A DNA stretch of 64,000 bases. It comes from Lingula anatina (lineage: Eukaryota; Animalia; Brachiopoda). Position 1 is the first letter of the stretch. Each line of letters opens with the position of its first letter. The DNA is taken from contig CM120646.1 of the NCBI GenBank assembly GCA_051362555.1, forward strand, positions 22,258,001 through 22,322,000. Reading direction: 5' to 3'. Below the pieces are notes generated by a model, which did no database searches, was not told where the DNA came from, and was given only the letters and a program-made list of their open reading frames with translations. Shown here piece by piece: positions 1-13,268 of the stretch. Made by a program: the position numbers and the translations under genes.

Positions 1-891
1 AAATCCACGGTTGCCTTCGTTACGCGCCGTGCCACTGCACACAGCCTGTCCTTGATTAAGTTTTTCTATTCCTCCGCCGCCACCAGCCACAATCAACGGA
101 TCGTTATCAGCATATGTAACGAACGTCCCACCGCCGCCGCCACTTGATTGGTACCTGTGCTGTCCTCCCATTTGACCAACCAGGATTTTAAGTTGACGAC
201 CTGAAAGATAAGACGAATGTTTGGTATATTCTTTCTTAGTTGTTAAACATCTACTAGATAAACCTTATTGCTAAAGGCCCTATTTCACACAGACCACGAA
301 TCCCACGAATCGCCAGGAATTGACAAATTTTAGGATTCGGCTGGAATCGTGAGATTTTGCCAATTTTCTGGTCTAATTCGACACGCTCTACGATTCAGTT
401 ACGATACAGGTGCGATAGTGTTACGAATATTCGTGGGATTCGGCTGGAATCGCACGAATATTGTCCAGAAATTCACTACGATTTTTTGGAATCGGGAGTT
501 CGTGGCCAAAACTATGAACAGCTCAAAATTTTTGCCACGAATTCCCGATTGATCAAGAATTGCAAGAACTTACTACGATTATATACGAATCTGTTAAGAA
601 CTTCACGAACTGATAACGATTCAACCAAATTTTCAATTTCTGGCGATTCGTGGGATTCGTGGTCTGTGTGAAATAGGGGCATCAAAGTTTTTGCCACCCA
701 TTCCTGTTGGTCAAGAAGTGCAAGAACTGACTACGAATAGATACGAATCTGTTAAGAACTTCACGAACTGATTACGATTCAACCACGAATGGTGAAATTT
801 GTCAATTCATGGCCATTCGTGGGATTCGTGGTCTGTGTGAAATAGGGCATTAAAAGATAGCTCGTGCGCACGCACGCTCTTTCACACTCAC

Positions 892-927
<36 letters not shown>

Positions 928-2428
928 GCTAAAGTACTGGAAAATAACTTAAGCAATAGTATGTTGGCATTATATGACATGCATGATGTTAGATATACGT
1001 TATCAATTTATCCATTTTCAGTTTTAACATTTGCTGTACATGTTCTCCTAAGTCATTTTACTATGCCTACATATCCCGCAAAGCAACTTATCTTTCCTAA
1101 ATTCAGACCTTTAAAACTACAAATCCAATCAAGTGATAGTAAACTTTGATAGTTCCTTCTTCAATTAATATGGAGAAATGACGTTCTAAGAGGCTGACCA
1201 GGCATTAAGAACTAAATCATTTCATTGAACATTGAATAAAATATTGGATCAAGTGAAAGACGGGGAACAGCAATGATTAGGAAATTTTTGCCTTCTTTTC
1301 CGAGGGAAATAGATTTTGCTGAGTAACTCCTGGACAGAATACCTTTAAGTTTCGCTTAAAAATGCCCTGTATCTTGTTCGCTTTTTTTATTTCAGAGTTT
1401 GCCAATGTTTAATCTGTCTTAACAAGTTTTCAAAGGAGGATTTTACCTGCTTTTAAATTGAACGTCCCAGCTACAACAGCGCCGTGACTGCGGTCATGAC
1501 ATCTACCATTGTCACATCCCCCTGCAGCGCCTGGTGAACAGATAATGGATATATCACAATTTAAAAAGTTAAGAGAGAGAGAGAAGGGAAGCAAAGTTGA
1601 AGATCATCAAGAAACGTAAAAAGAGTACAAGTCATTATTTTCTTAAAATCCAACAAAGAATGGTAAAAAAATAATTTAAGCATAAAAAGAAGATGTATAA
1701 TAAATTCTGCAAAGGAATATTGATAGCGTCTTTAATTTACAAAATGTTTTAACAAAATATATAATTTACCAGCGGCACGGATCCGGTAGAGACCGGAGAC
1801 CGGGATGGTAAAGAACTGAGTCCCGTTCACTAAGGTCACCTTGCCCTGATGGTCCTGACCGTCGTAATATTTACCAACTGAAGTCGGCCCAAGTCGTCCC
1901 GTGGCACCGAGATTTGTAAATGTCATATTCCGAAACCCTGCAAAAAGATATTTCTTTGTTATTCAATCAACGCATTCGATAAATTCTAAAATCGTTTTTC
2001 CGCTATAACTGACCTTTCAAACTAGTTTTAACAATTAAAATTGCATTTAATATCGTCAGAACCGACTTACCTTTAACAGTACAATTTTCGTAAATTGAAA
2101 CTAATTCTCTCAGAGCAGAGACTCCTGCCTCCAGCATTAGTTGGTCGCTAGAGGGTGCATCTCGCTTGGACATTCTGCGCCACATTGCCATGACGTCCCA
2201 CCAATGGTAGTTGATGCTTTCCGGGCAGTACTTTACAAGTGCCTGCGTGAACTTTGCAATGTACTGGGAGACGACTCGGTGATGCACTTTGCTTGCGAGT
2301 ACATCTTCCAAATTTTTATACGGGTCTTTGGCCAGCCGAGTTGCAACGGTCGTGGTCTGTGAGGCCCCATTTTCAAGACAGCTGAAAAGTAAAGCCACTA
2401 TTACGAGCAGATACATGTTCGAGTACAT
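1..2428 (-). CDS. Secreted protein with ALK/LTK-like glycine-rich domain; 5' part only, coding exons 2071-2428, 1770-1937, 1447-1530, <1-200
   Basis: Signal-peptide-like N-terminus (MYSNMYLLVIVALLFSCLENGASQ). All three introns have GT..AG ends in phase 1 and join into one open frame: ...FTNLGATGRLGPT...QFFTIPVSGLYRIRAAG/AAGG...GAVVAGTFNLKAG/RQLKILVGQMG...SSGGGGGTFVT...PLIVAGGGGG. This matches the ALK/LTK glycine-rich domain signature (G-x-Y-x-I-x-A-x-GAAGG, ILVGQ, GGGGGTFV, PLIVAGGGGG). The gene continues beyond position 1. Confidence 0.88.
275..850. mobile_element. MITE, PIF/Harbinger-like, in intron 3 of the glycine-rich-domain gene
   Basis: ~55-bp imperfect terminal inverted repeats (AGGCCCTATTTCACACAGACCACGAATCCCACGAAT... 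/ ...ATTCGTGGGATTCGTGGTCTGTGTGAAATAGGGCAT) flanked by TAA on both sides (272-274, 851-853). A second internal copy of the right end lies at ~628-680; internal ACGAAT/ATTCGT repeats. Confidence 0.8.
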
Positions 2429-2492
2429 GAATATCTCTCTTAACAGGTTTCTCCTTCAGCCCGCACGTTCTGTCAACTGCGATGCTCGCTCT

Positions 2493-2500
2493 CTTTTATA
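2493..2500 (-). promoter_or_regulatory. Candidate TATA box of the glycine-rich-domain gene
   Basis: TATAAAAG on the minus strand ~70 bp upstream of the ATG at 2428. Confidence 0.5.
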
Positions 2501-2832
2501 ACGCTGCTTTGCTGCATTCAAAGGGGTTATACCTGGGCCTCGCCCACTCGATAAGGAAGCAGGATGCGAACGCGAGATAATCATGTTGAAAAATTGGGAA
2601 AATTTCCGCAGATCCCGGATCTATCATATTTTGTTACTGTGATGAAGTCATTGAAGTAGCACGTACCTGGACAGACACGTTGAAATTCTTTTTAATGCAG
2701 TTTATAGTGACTGCCAGGCTCTCAAGCAGTATGACCACAACTGAAAGAGAATTTTTAAAGGAATGATCTCTTGTATGTTTTGTGTACTTTATTTTCTCTT
2801 TATAAATACTGTTGAAACAATTGTATACTTTA

Positions 2833-4367
2833 ATCATTGTGCAGCCATTAATATTATAAGGGTGCAATCCATTCTGAAAAGCGCACTGTTACATGTGGTT
2901 TGTACCATATACACTTTGCAAATAATAATAATAATAATAGTATGATAATAACGGCGTTAAAAATAATATGGTTTGTAATGATGAGAAGAACTCAAACTTG
3001 TATAAAATAGAACATTTAGAGTATTTCTAAGGGTACATTTGAACCGAGCGTCGGTGGAGCGTGGGTTCTCAGTAATGCAATAACAAGTTAACCACTTCTA
3101 TAAGTTTCTTATGCGACACAAAAATTCGAAAAACCCAAGAAATAAACCCATTAATCACTGAGTCAGCCATAAAAGATCCTTAAACTGCACATTCTTCAGA
3201 TTTTTGGTCGTAAAGACCTGCTTACATACATGTACATGTAGAATATCTGACCTATTTATCTGTCCCGTTTGTATACACAGACTTTGAGCAAAATAACCCT
3301 GTCAAAAACCATTTAACTGGTAATGTTAAGCGATTTCCTTTGGTATTTCTTTAGCTTACGCTTCTTGAAACAATATGAATGCATTTGATTTTGTGGCAAA
3401 AAAATTGACTTCAAACGCATTTTTAAGTAAAATTATGAAACAGTTGGATTACTGACCGTGTGTGCTATTTTGGTGACATTTTCTTCTTGTGAGTCGTAGT
3501 GCACTAACACGCCACTCAGTCTCACGAGGTAGGGGTGTCGCTAGTTGTATTGTTCTTTTCGTTGAAGATACACAGCCCATCTTCCAGGAAAACTACAGTA
3601 CAATATCATTGTGCAGCCATTATATTATAATGTGCAATCCATTCCGAAAACCGAACAGTTACATGTGAGTTGTACCTTATTCACTTTGCAAAAAATAATT
3701 ATAATAATAATATGATTATGATGGTGTTAATAATAATAATATGGTTTGTAATGATGAGAAGAACTCAAGCTTGCATAAAATTTAGAGTATTTTTAAAGGT
3801 ACATTTGAACCGAGCGTCGGTGGAGCGTGGGTTCTCAGAAACGCATTAACAAGTAAACCACTTCTTTAAGTTTCTTAAGCTACACAAAGAGTCGACAAGC
3901 CAAGAAATAAACCGATTAATCACTCACTCAGCCATAAAAGATCCTTAAACTGCACATTCTTCAGATTTTTGGTTGTAAATTTGACCTGCTTACATAGTAT
4001 ATTTGACCTGTTTATCTGTTCCGTTTGTATACAGCACAAAGATCGAGCAAAAAATTCGTTCAAAAACCATTTTTCTGGTAATATTAAGCGATTCCCTTTG
4101 GTATTTTTAACTTATGCTTCTTTAAACAATATGATGGCATTTGGTCGGCTTTTGTGGGAAAAAATTGACTTCAAACGCATCTTTAAGTAAAATTATAAAA
4201 CAGTTTTAGCACTGACCATGTGTGCTATTTTGGTGACATTTTATTCTTGTGAGTCGCAGTGCACTGACACGCCACTCAATATGACGAGGCAGGGTTGTCG
4301 CTAGTTGCATTGTTCTTTTCGTCGAAGATACACAGCTTTTCTTCCATGAAAACTACAGTACAATATC
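2833..4367. repeat. Diverged direct tandem duplication, ~772-bp period (2833-3604, 3605-4367)
   Basis: Both units begin ATCATTGTGCAGCCATTA, share internal blocks (GAACCGAGCGTCGGTGGAGCGTGGGTTCTCAG; TGTGTGCTATTTTGGTGACATTTT) and end AACTACAGTACAATATC. Confidence 0.9.
3797..4182. mobile_element. Non-autonomous TTAA-targeting DNA transposon (Kolobok-like); sister copies at 3031-3422 and, inverted, 61757-62132
   Basis: TTAA|AGGTACATTTGAA ... TTCAAACGCATCT|TTAA: TTAA flanks, AG...CT termini, imperfect 13-bp TIR; three copies in the window. Confidence 0.6.
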
Positions 4368-6784
4368 GCTTTGCACACGGGATAATGAAAGCAACCTCCA
4401 GTAGAAAAATGCCCTCGTGCATTTGAAATTTTAAGTTCTTTGCAAGTACTGACATGGCAATGAATGAATAAAAAGATGAAATAGCATGTCAATAGAAAGA
4501 TAGGTAGTGTAAATTCCAAGGTGTTAAATAATATGTTGAAGTATTGGAATTTATAAATTGTAATAAATATGTTTAAATTATGTGGCATTATGCTATTAGA
4601 AATTGGAAATGTTTACAAATTATTACGTCACTAGTGATTTTAAAAAGCTAAAAACGACGCATTAAAGAGTGAACCTGAGGGTGTTACGTATAGAAATTAG
4701 CATTTCTTTACATATTCATTTTCTATGAAGAATTATAGAGGGCTTATTTTGGGGGGGGGGGGGGGATTACATTGCTTTCAATACAATGATTTGGTCTCGT
4801 GCAAATTTGTATGTTTCAGTTGTTAATATATATATATATGTATTTGTTTTAGCAACTCCAACACCCAAGCCCTGAGAACTACAGGAAAGGACAAGTTTTG
4901 TATCAATGGGCTAGACCTGGAGTGTCTGGGCGGTTCAGGGGTAAAAGATCGGGGGGGGGGGGAATTCATGAGTGCATTTAATGCCCTTTGTGTGCGAATC
5001 CTCACGTTCTCCATGCAGTTACTGGAGGTCATTGCGAATTGCGTTAGATGTGATCACGGCGCATTTTGTTCAGGTTGAGAACAAGATTATAGTTGAAGCT
5101 TCTACGGCACGATAGTAATGGTCAGCTAGTAATCTTCGTAATGTGGGTTTGATATAGAAAGTGATCTTGGTAGTTCTTGTTATGGAATATCATAAACTAA
5201 ATGATCGACATCAAACGCAACGTAGTCATAAATTCTCATCTTTCTCTCGCAATTCAGGACATACTGTATCATAAAATGATTGAGATTTTATCGCTGTGCG
5301 TTTTCTGTGCTCTTTTATCACCTTACCTGCATACATATGTAGCACTGTAAGTGTTGTGAAATGCAAGATACCTATCGCCCCCCTCCCCAATTTTTCCCTT
5401 AAACTCCCTTTCTTCCTAGGTCACGCCTTTGCCGGGGGCGCCATGCTTGCCCTGTGCCACGACTGCCGTGTGATGAGGACGGGGAGAGGCTGGATTTGTC
5501 TTCATGAAATAGACCTCAAAATGAGATTCACAAGATTCACGTTGAACCTAATACAGTGAGGCAGTGTTATTCGTATGTTTCATATATATTAAAATAAGAC
5601 CCAGAAGACGTCCTAAATCAGCCCCTGATATTAATGTTAAATTGGCATTAAAGCGCTTTTATTTTGCCAAGACCTGTCATAAAAAAAGTTGTTTTTTTTT
5701 TTTTTTTTTGCTTCTCAATTTTTTTCTCTTTATTCTTCTTATTCCCCTTTGTCTATTTTCATATCTTATTTGTTGGACATCGAATCTTCTTTTCTTGTTA
5801 TTTTCTTACATTCCTCCGCTCTCTCTCTCTGTCTCTCTTTTTTCCCAATCTAGCACTCTGATTGACATAAATAAGAGCAGACATGCATAAACGCTTCGTT
5901 TAAATATTTTATTATTTCATCTATAATTTATTCTGCATACAGAAAGATAGATAGATTGATACATGTACGGTACACCAGTTCCATTTCCCATATCGTCTTC
6001 TATTACAGTTTGATTTCATGTTAACTTGAATGTCACCTTTTTATTTACTTCATTTCTTGTATTTTATTTTATTTTTGACGGTCGATGATCTTGTTTTTCT
6101 ATGAGGTATGTTTACAGTTGTTTTGTGCAGTCTCTAGTGTACCTGTAAAATATCAGTTTTAGTTTTAAAGTAAACACTCAAAATTCCTTATCTGCGCTCA
6201 GATTGTATCTTTTTATGGGTCCCTACCTGTATCTGTAGAAAGCTACCCATATCTTGTGTTGCAGTTATTAGACCGTTAAGGCAGAACAATCACAGGGCAT
6301 TTTGGAAGTGGAAAAGTTGCATAATTCGGCGCCCCTATTTATTGTTACGCCTCTGCATGCTAGAATACTTTCCTTAGGTCCATATTGTCCTACAAGCTCT
6401 ATCGTATACGTGTATACATACACAGTTACCAATAATATTTAGGCGTGTTCTGCACTATTTGCGGTACTTCTTTTGCGTGCTGCTCGACATTAAGGCCCTA
6501 GTCAGCCACAGGTACATGTAGGTTGTTGGTCCACAGTGAGGCGTCGTTCGGTGTCACCACACGTAGTGCATTTATATACATGTACTTTTAACGCTCTTAT
6601 ACAGGTATTGTTCTACTTAAATAGGGCAAAGGAGGATACGTCAACGTTTTTTTTCTCTTTTTGTCCTGTGAGTCAACGTAACCGGATTTTAATTCAGCAG
6701 GGATTTTCATAAAGTTACACCGGGATTGAAGGACTCTCACTGTTGTTTGTTGACGTCGTTCAGAAGTTTCAAGTACTGTATAAT

Positions 6785-7995
6785 ATGGCAGAAGCTGGAA
6801 AGATGGATATGGTTGAGGTAGGTGGGGAATATGGTTACACCGCATTGGCAGGCTAGGGTTACGAATTTTATTGTATATTAAAACTGAGGAAACTTAGCCA
6901 TGGTGATATTTCTGACTGTGGGGCTACATTTCGAAATAAGAAAAACAAAACGAAATAAAGTCAGATTAAACATGTTACACTGTACAGCACGGATATTAAA
7001 AAGACAGAAAAGACCTTGACGATTCAAACCCAATAAGTTCAGTAAAATCGCAAATATTCCTCCAGTTCCAATGGAAACCTTTTAGGTATGCAGAACTAGA
7101 GTGACCTATACATGTATGTCGTTAAATCGTCAATGAAATTGGTGTTATCACGCAGCTGAAATTAAATTTACGTTATGTGTTCTGTTCAGCATATTTCAAG
7201 CTCGTCCCAGTTAAAGTCTGTTTCATTTCTGTTAAAACCAAGTAAAATGGATGTGACTTAATCATTTGTTAAGCTGGATGTAAAAAGTAATAGCGGCTAG
7301 AAGATGTGTGCCCGCTTATAATACCGATATGTACCTCTATGGGCGTAACCGTCTCATGGGTCAAATTAAAGGTGTAGCCCTACATATTAACAGGGGTATA
7401 ATTAATACCAGAAATAAACAGTACATTTGCAAAAGGTGAGTATTTGCCCATCAAGAAGTTGGGGGTGGGGTGGGGAAGTATAGACAATTTAATACTTGTT
7501 TTTTTGGTCTCATGAAATATTCATACATTTAGTTATGCGTTCAAGGTGTGACGATGGTTTGGTTGACACGTTTGTGTTCATGAATATGTTTAACACGGTT
7601 ATTCCGTTTCTATTCTAGATCATACTTTTAGCAATCAAATATTATGAAATGAATTTCTCTTTATATGTGTACAGAGCAAATCAACACTTGAACTATTTTC
7701 CAGAATGGCGGCGCTCCAGAAAAGCAACGCTTCCATCAAACCAAGCTCTTCACCATCATCGTTGGTCTGTGTGTGGGTGTCGTGGCCATTGTACTGATCG
7801 CGCTCTCACTGGTCGGAAGTAGGTGGAAGTGTGGAGGAGTCGACCACACTTTAGTTCTTTTTATTACTATTTAATTGTCTGCTTTAACTATCTCGATAGA
7901 AAATGTTTCTGAAATAATAATGCCCCAACTTTTTAATCTTTCTAAGCTTATGTTTTTATCACACCCGGCCATCATTTACACAGACACACGCACAT

Positions 7996-8033
<38 letters not shown>

Positions 8034-8260
8034 TTCGTGTGTATAGGGTTAAACTGAAAGTCTTTTTTCATTTATTTTATTTATTTATTATCATTTCTTC
8101 TTCTTCTTTTTCTTCTAATTATTATTATTATTGTTGTTGTTATTTGTAAAAATGCACCTTCACTCCCTCTATTTCAGTCCAGAGACTTGGCATGTTTGCT
8201 GACGAGCCGATAGCGTACATGGAGGCAAAGCGAGGCTTTTATAAAGTGGACACCAACTAG
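6785..8260 (+). CDS. 76-aa single-pass membrane microprotein; exons 6785-6817, 7704-7818, 8178-8260
   Basis: ATG in good context (TAATATGG). Splice sites GAG|GTAGGT, TTTTCCAG|, GAA|GTAGG and TATTTCAG| give consistent phases (0, then 1). Product: MAEAGKMDMVE/NGGAPEKQRFHQTKLFTIIVGLCVGVVAIVLIALSLVG/IQRLGMFADEPIAYMEAKRGFYKVDTN*, with one ~24-aa hydrophobic helix. AATAAA at 8982-8987. Exon 1 is the least certain. Confidence 0.68.
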
Positions 8261-11200
8261 CCATAATACATGCATATAACAATGTAGACTTCTGTACTGT
8301 ATTAGAACCCAGAGACTAAATGAGTAGAATGTGGATATTGGAACAAAGAGAAAGATCTAGAGAAGGATGTACGTGTACAATATTCAAGTTATGAGAGATC
8401 TATTGAGAACATTTACATTCCACGCAGTGGCCATAAGGTTTACTGCACGCAGTCATTAGTATATATAGCACGCCGATTATTTACAGTATGCACCGGAGAA
8501 AGAAAGATCCCAAAAACTCGCGGCACGGGGTGGAAAGGGGGGAAGTGGTTGTGTTGGGGTGGGGCTTATATCATTTTCACAGCGTTTAATTCGTCTTAAA
8601 GTTAATTAGCTGATGGGTTTGACTGGTGGGGGGGAGGGGGGGGGGGGGAGGGGAGTTGCTTCATTGGTTCATTCGTTGGTCAAAACCCGTTCCTATTGAT
8701 GTATATTTTATTATGGGATGTCTTCTTTGTTTGGGGCCACGACCTTACCAAGCTGCAGTAGGGCAGTGGGTTGATGGGATCGTATTACATTAACGAGGGA
8801 CAACAACCCTCTGTCATGGTCACAGAGAAGGGTTTTTTCTATTTATCATGTGCACACACACAAAAAATAAGAAGAAGAAACAGAAAAAAAAGCATCATTA
8901 CCCGGCTAAGCTGTCCTCTGGTGAAGTGAACGGTACTAAGGCTTGTTTCAGTTGACATATGATGTGCTATGTCACTGTGGCAATAAACATATCTTCATCT
9001 ATATATAAGTGGACATATCTATGTGGTATAACTGAGGACACCTTTTTACCTACTGTATAACGCATGGCTTTCAAGTTCAAAGGTCAGTCTATGGAACAGC
9101 GTGCTGTGTAAAATATTACATTAAATATATTCATGTTCTTGGATTTTATTAGCGTAACTTTTATATATAAAAATTGTTAATGTGATCCATTGTAAACAAA
9201 CTTAAATATATTCATTCTTTGAATAATCGCAGATGGATATTTTTAATCGACAACTTACCTTTGGAGAGAACAAAACTTAGATTAACATATGCATACTGGT
9301 ATATGAAATTTTCAAGAAACCATTCTGTTTACCTTCTCTCTGATTATTCTGTCATTAGGATGCATCCAAATTCTACAGAAAGCAAGGACAGCCATATAAC
9401 AAATGAGAATTTGAGAGGCGTTATTGAGAAGATTTTTTCTACATATTCATCCTGAAAAAGAACAATATTTGCCTTATGAAGAGCTACATTAAATAAAAGT
9501 TCCATTATTATTTCGAAAACAAGCATCTCCGGATAGATTGCGATAGAGAAGATGCGCATTCGCCACATTTGGAACACCTCGGGCGAAGCACTAATAGTTC
9601 GCTTAACACCCGAGATTGATTTCGCTCTCTCTCTCTCTCTCTGGTTTCCTGTTCAATTGCCCTTCCTTCACATTAGCACCCAGAGAGATTTGTTGTTGAT
9701 TTTTTTAAAGTTGTTATTTGATTTGCATTTGAATAGACACCGCTTTGTCTTTCAAATTTAATTTTAAACCTGTAGATTTTTTCTTTTTTTTTCAAATTAT
9801 CAAATGAACCATTTGTCTTTTATTTAAGCCAACACGAGAAAAGAAAAAAATACTTGATCAGATTTTGATACAGAGTGGACATTTTCAACTGCACAGGCTT
9901 CGTTGGCTAATATATTATGGAATTTAGCAGAAACCGCCCCCGTTCTCTTTATACATGAATATACGGCATGAAAGGTGATATTTTCTGTCGATGGCTTTTA
10001 TTCCCCAACCCCCGAACGCTTCCCTGCTTACAGACATATTTAATCTCAAGAGCAAAGTCAATGAAAGCGGAGTAAAACCACTACTTATCACGCGGCGTCA
10101 TGGCTTCCACGGATATCCGTCCTCTTATCTCCCCCCTCCAGTCTGCTGACTACTACTACTGGTACATACATGTATTTATCCACTGAGTCTCACGGTGAAT
10201 TATCTGACACACATTAACCTCGCTTTATATGTGTAGGGACACATTTAATTGATTTTATATTAAAGCAAAGTTAATTTAATTATGCATTATTTGGCTTATT
10301 TTATTTATTTTTTGTTATTTTGTATTTATATATTTCTTCCGAAATATGTTCACAAAAAGTCGTGCGGCTGTTCATTATTATTTTATTTATTTATTTATAT
10401 TTTTTATTTAATTTTTTTTCATTGGGGAAGCATACAAGGCAATGGTTTGTAGCAAATGATATAGCTAGCACACTGTTTTGGGACTCAAGAGAGGTTACAT
10501 ACTGTGTTTTTTATCAGAAAAATATAAACATGCGTTTCATATCTGTTTGCTTTTAATTCAGATTTGTTGTGTTCGTGAGTCAGATGATATTTTATCCTCT
10601 CTGCACCATTCGTAACTTTTCACCCCTCACTTGTCATTGTAGGCCTACAAGTTAAAAGCGTGAAGCTTTTACCGTAATAAGACCAAAACGCTACACATTG
10701 AAGTGCAGATTCCTTTATCACGCTATTAAATACCCATGAGATTTCTCTGATTAATTGTTTACAAAAAAGTCGCTTTACAGTAAAACACAATCATTTAGCA
10801 AGTTCAAAATTATTCTGATGGAGTACACTTGCAACTTATGAAGGCCTTACGCTTTCCATATCTGGTAAAACCACCTGTGCTAGCCTATAAGGTGGCCTCG
10901 GAAGAATATATTTGTGTTAAAACAGTTCAGAATGCGCAATAATGGATTTACCAAATGACGGCCGAGAATCAAGAACGTTTAATCACAGAAAAAAATGTTT
11001 TCATTCTCCGCCTCTAGCTTCTCTCTTTCTTACAGGTACACAGGAATCCCTCCTCACTAACATTTCGTCTTTTACACTTGAAGAGCGTTGTTTTGTACAG
11101 TTTGTTCACGATCACTGGATATGGCAAGGTAAATAGATTACCATAAAAATGTTGGCGAAGGAAAGTGTTCTGAGTAGTAGTACGGCAGTGAAATTACGTG

Positions 11201-11634
11201 AACTAGCTTAATCTGGGGAAATTAAGCAACTGGCGTTTTTATTTCTATTTTATTGTACGTGTATAATAATCCTTATTGATTCACAGTTCGAATTTTCATC
11301 CCAAGGGCGATTGGCAGTTATTAAGGCTCACAGAAAAATCTGGAAGACGCTGCAGTACTAGAGCTAGTCTAAGCGTGTCTGCTGTAACTGTATCGGTATC
11401 AACAGTGTAGATTGGCGACGTAGATGTCACACTTGATCCAGCGCTGACATGGACTAACCTTTAGCAGGATAAGCTAGGATACACACAGTTCAGGTGACTG
11501 GAGTGTGTAGAGGCAGGGCCGTGTCCTTTGTGTTGTGTCTTGAGTACAGAGAGCAGTGGCACAGGATCATTGACAGGTGAGGTTCAACGGGTTGCACTGA
11601 TAGACGTGTGTATGTGTGTGTGCTCTTGTGAACG

Positions 11635-11940
11635 CATTCTAACCGAGGACACACACCCGCCCGAAACCCACTAACCGAGGACACACCTCCAACCGAGGAC
11701 GTCCTCGGTTGACATAAGCAGTGGAATGCATAAAGGGGCCCATTTCAAGTTAGGTGGTGAAATTTGACGCTATTCTGAGCCAGTCCTCGGTTATGCTGTA
11801 TAGCACGGGCCAAATTCCCGCCACGAGTGTATCAGAAATACTGTCCAACTTTTTGTCTGAAATCGGGCTATACACACGCGTCCTCGGTTGTGCTGTAAAG
11901 GGCGGACCAAATTCCGCGTCCTCGGTTGTGCTGTAAAGGG
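11635..11940. repeat. AACCGAGGAC/GTCCTCGGTT motif cluster with a perfect 22-bp palindrome (11690-11711); probable transposon terminal region
   Basis: Three AACCGAGGAC copies followed by four GTCCTCGGTT copies; CAACCGAGGACGTCCTCGGTTG is self-complementary. Confidence 0.75.
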
Positions 11941-12204
11941 CAGACTAAACTGAAACTAATGTTATATCTCAGATGTCTATATATTCAGTAAGTTCATATT
12001 TTTAAACTAAAGGTCTTTTTTATCAAATTAAGCTCTCCTAGGCCGTTACGTAACTACATAACTATCATCGCACTGTACATATTACGGCACGCTTCTTTAT
12101 TAGTACAACTGACTTGGAGTGGTTTAAATAAAGAAGAACTGTCTGAATTTGTGGCTCACTCGGTAGATCTTAGGACCGACAATCTTTTGAGGGTGCAAGA
12201 ATTA

Positions 12205-13236
12205 CTCTGAAGTATCAAATAAACGTACCGGTACGTTAATTAATTTTCCAAATTTCTTCCCGCCGGTACGCTCCATTTTCACCCAGTACGCTTATTAATT
12301 TTTCAAAAATCTTCCACCCGGTATGTTTATTAAATACATATTGTACCGGTGGGAAATTACACAAGTACAAGTCACGCTTATTTTCTTAAATTGAAGTATA
12401 ATGAGAAGAAAATTGAGATCTCAACTCATTACCGACTGTTCTACCAACAGCACTGGAAAGTAGGTCAAGCGGAAGTCGCTCTCTGAACACAACAGTACAT
12501 GCGTCACCTGATTTCAGTTCCTATAAATAGACGTGCTTTCCCTTCAACAGTGACAACTACTCATGTACATCGATCGAATGATGCAATGTCGCAAGGTGAT
12601 AGGATCATATTTATAGCTAAGGAGGTCATTTCAAGTGCAGCAAAGAAGTTGTGCCTGTTTTCAAACGTCAATTATTTCATGCCGATTTATGATTTAAACG
12701 ATGTTAAATCACATTTCTATGTAAGATAAACCCTTAGGAGTTTACAGGTATGCAAAACGAACCTTATATCTGAGAATAAATTTACTATGAATAACGTCTC
12801 CGTATGGCTCTCGGAGGCGGCTTAGGTGCGACATATCTGGGTCTTCGGCCCCTGACGATTATGAAATTTAACTCATGGCAAATATATATATATATTTTTT
12901 TTTTAATAAATTAGATATCCCGTTTTTAAGATAAATTATAATACTGAGTGAATTTTACCTGGTGAATTTTTTTTTTTTTTACAATGATCAATAGCTAGCT
13001 TTTTTCTTTCTCTTCTTCTTCTTTACTTTTATTTATTTCATTTTTTTTTGGGGGGGGGGGGGGGAGTGGTGCAAAGGTTTTTTCCACCCAGTACTTTTAT
13101 TCCATCCAGTACTTTTATTAAATTTCGAGATTTTTTACACCCAGTACTTTTATTCCATCAGTACTTTTATTAAATTTTGAGATTTTTTCCACCCAGTACT
13201 TTTATTCCATCAGTTCTTTTATTCGATACTTCAGAG
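12205..13236. mobile_element. Non-autonomous TA-targeting DNA transposon (Tc1/mariner-like MITE)
   Basis: TA|CTCTGAAGTATCAAATAAA ... TTTATTCGATACTTCAGAG|TA inverted termini with TA flanks; subterminal repeats ACCCAGTAC(T/G)(T/C)TTATT near both ends; no transposase ORF. Confidence 0.78.
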
Positions 13237-13268
13237 TAAATGAAAAGGGTAAATGGATCGTCCGTAAA

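Noticed and set aside
349-697. Three overlapping ORFs
   Set aside because: They lie inside an intronic MITE with no transposase motifs.
7705-7797. ATG-initiated 30-aa ORF (MAALQKSN...) in the microprotein exon
   Set aside because: The alternative frame defined by the splice acceptor gives a transmembrane helix and splices in frame to the next exon, which fits better.
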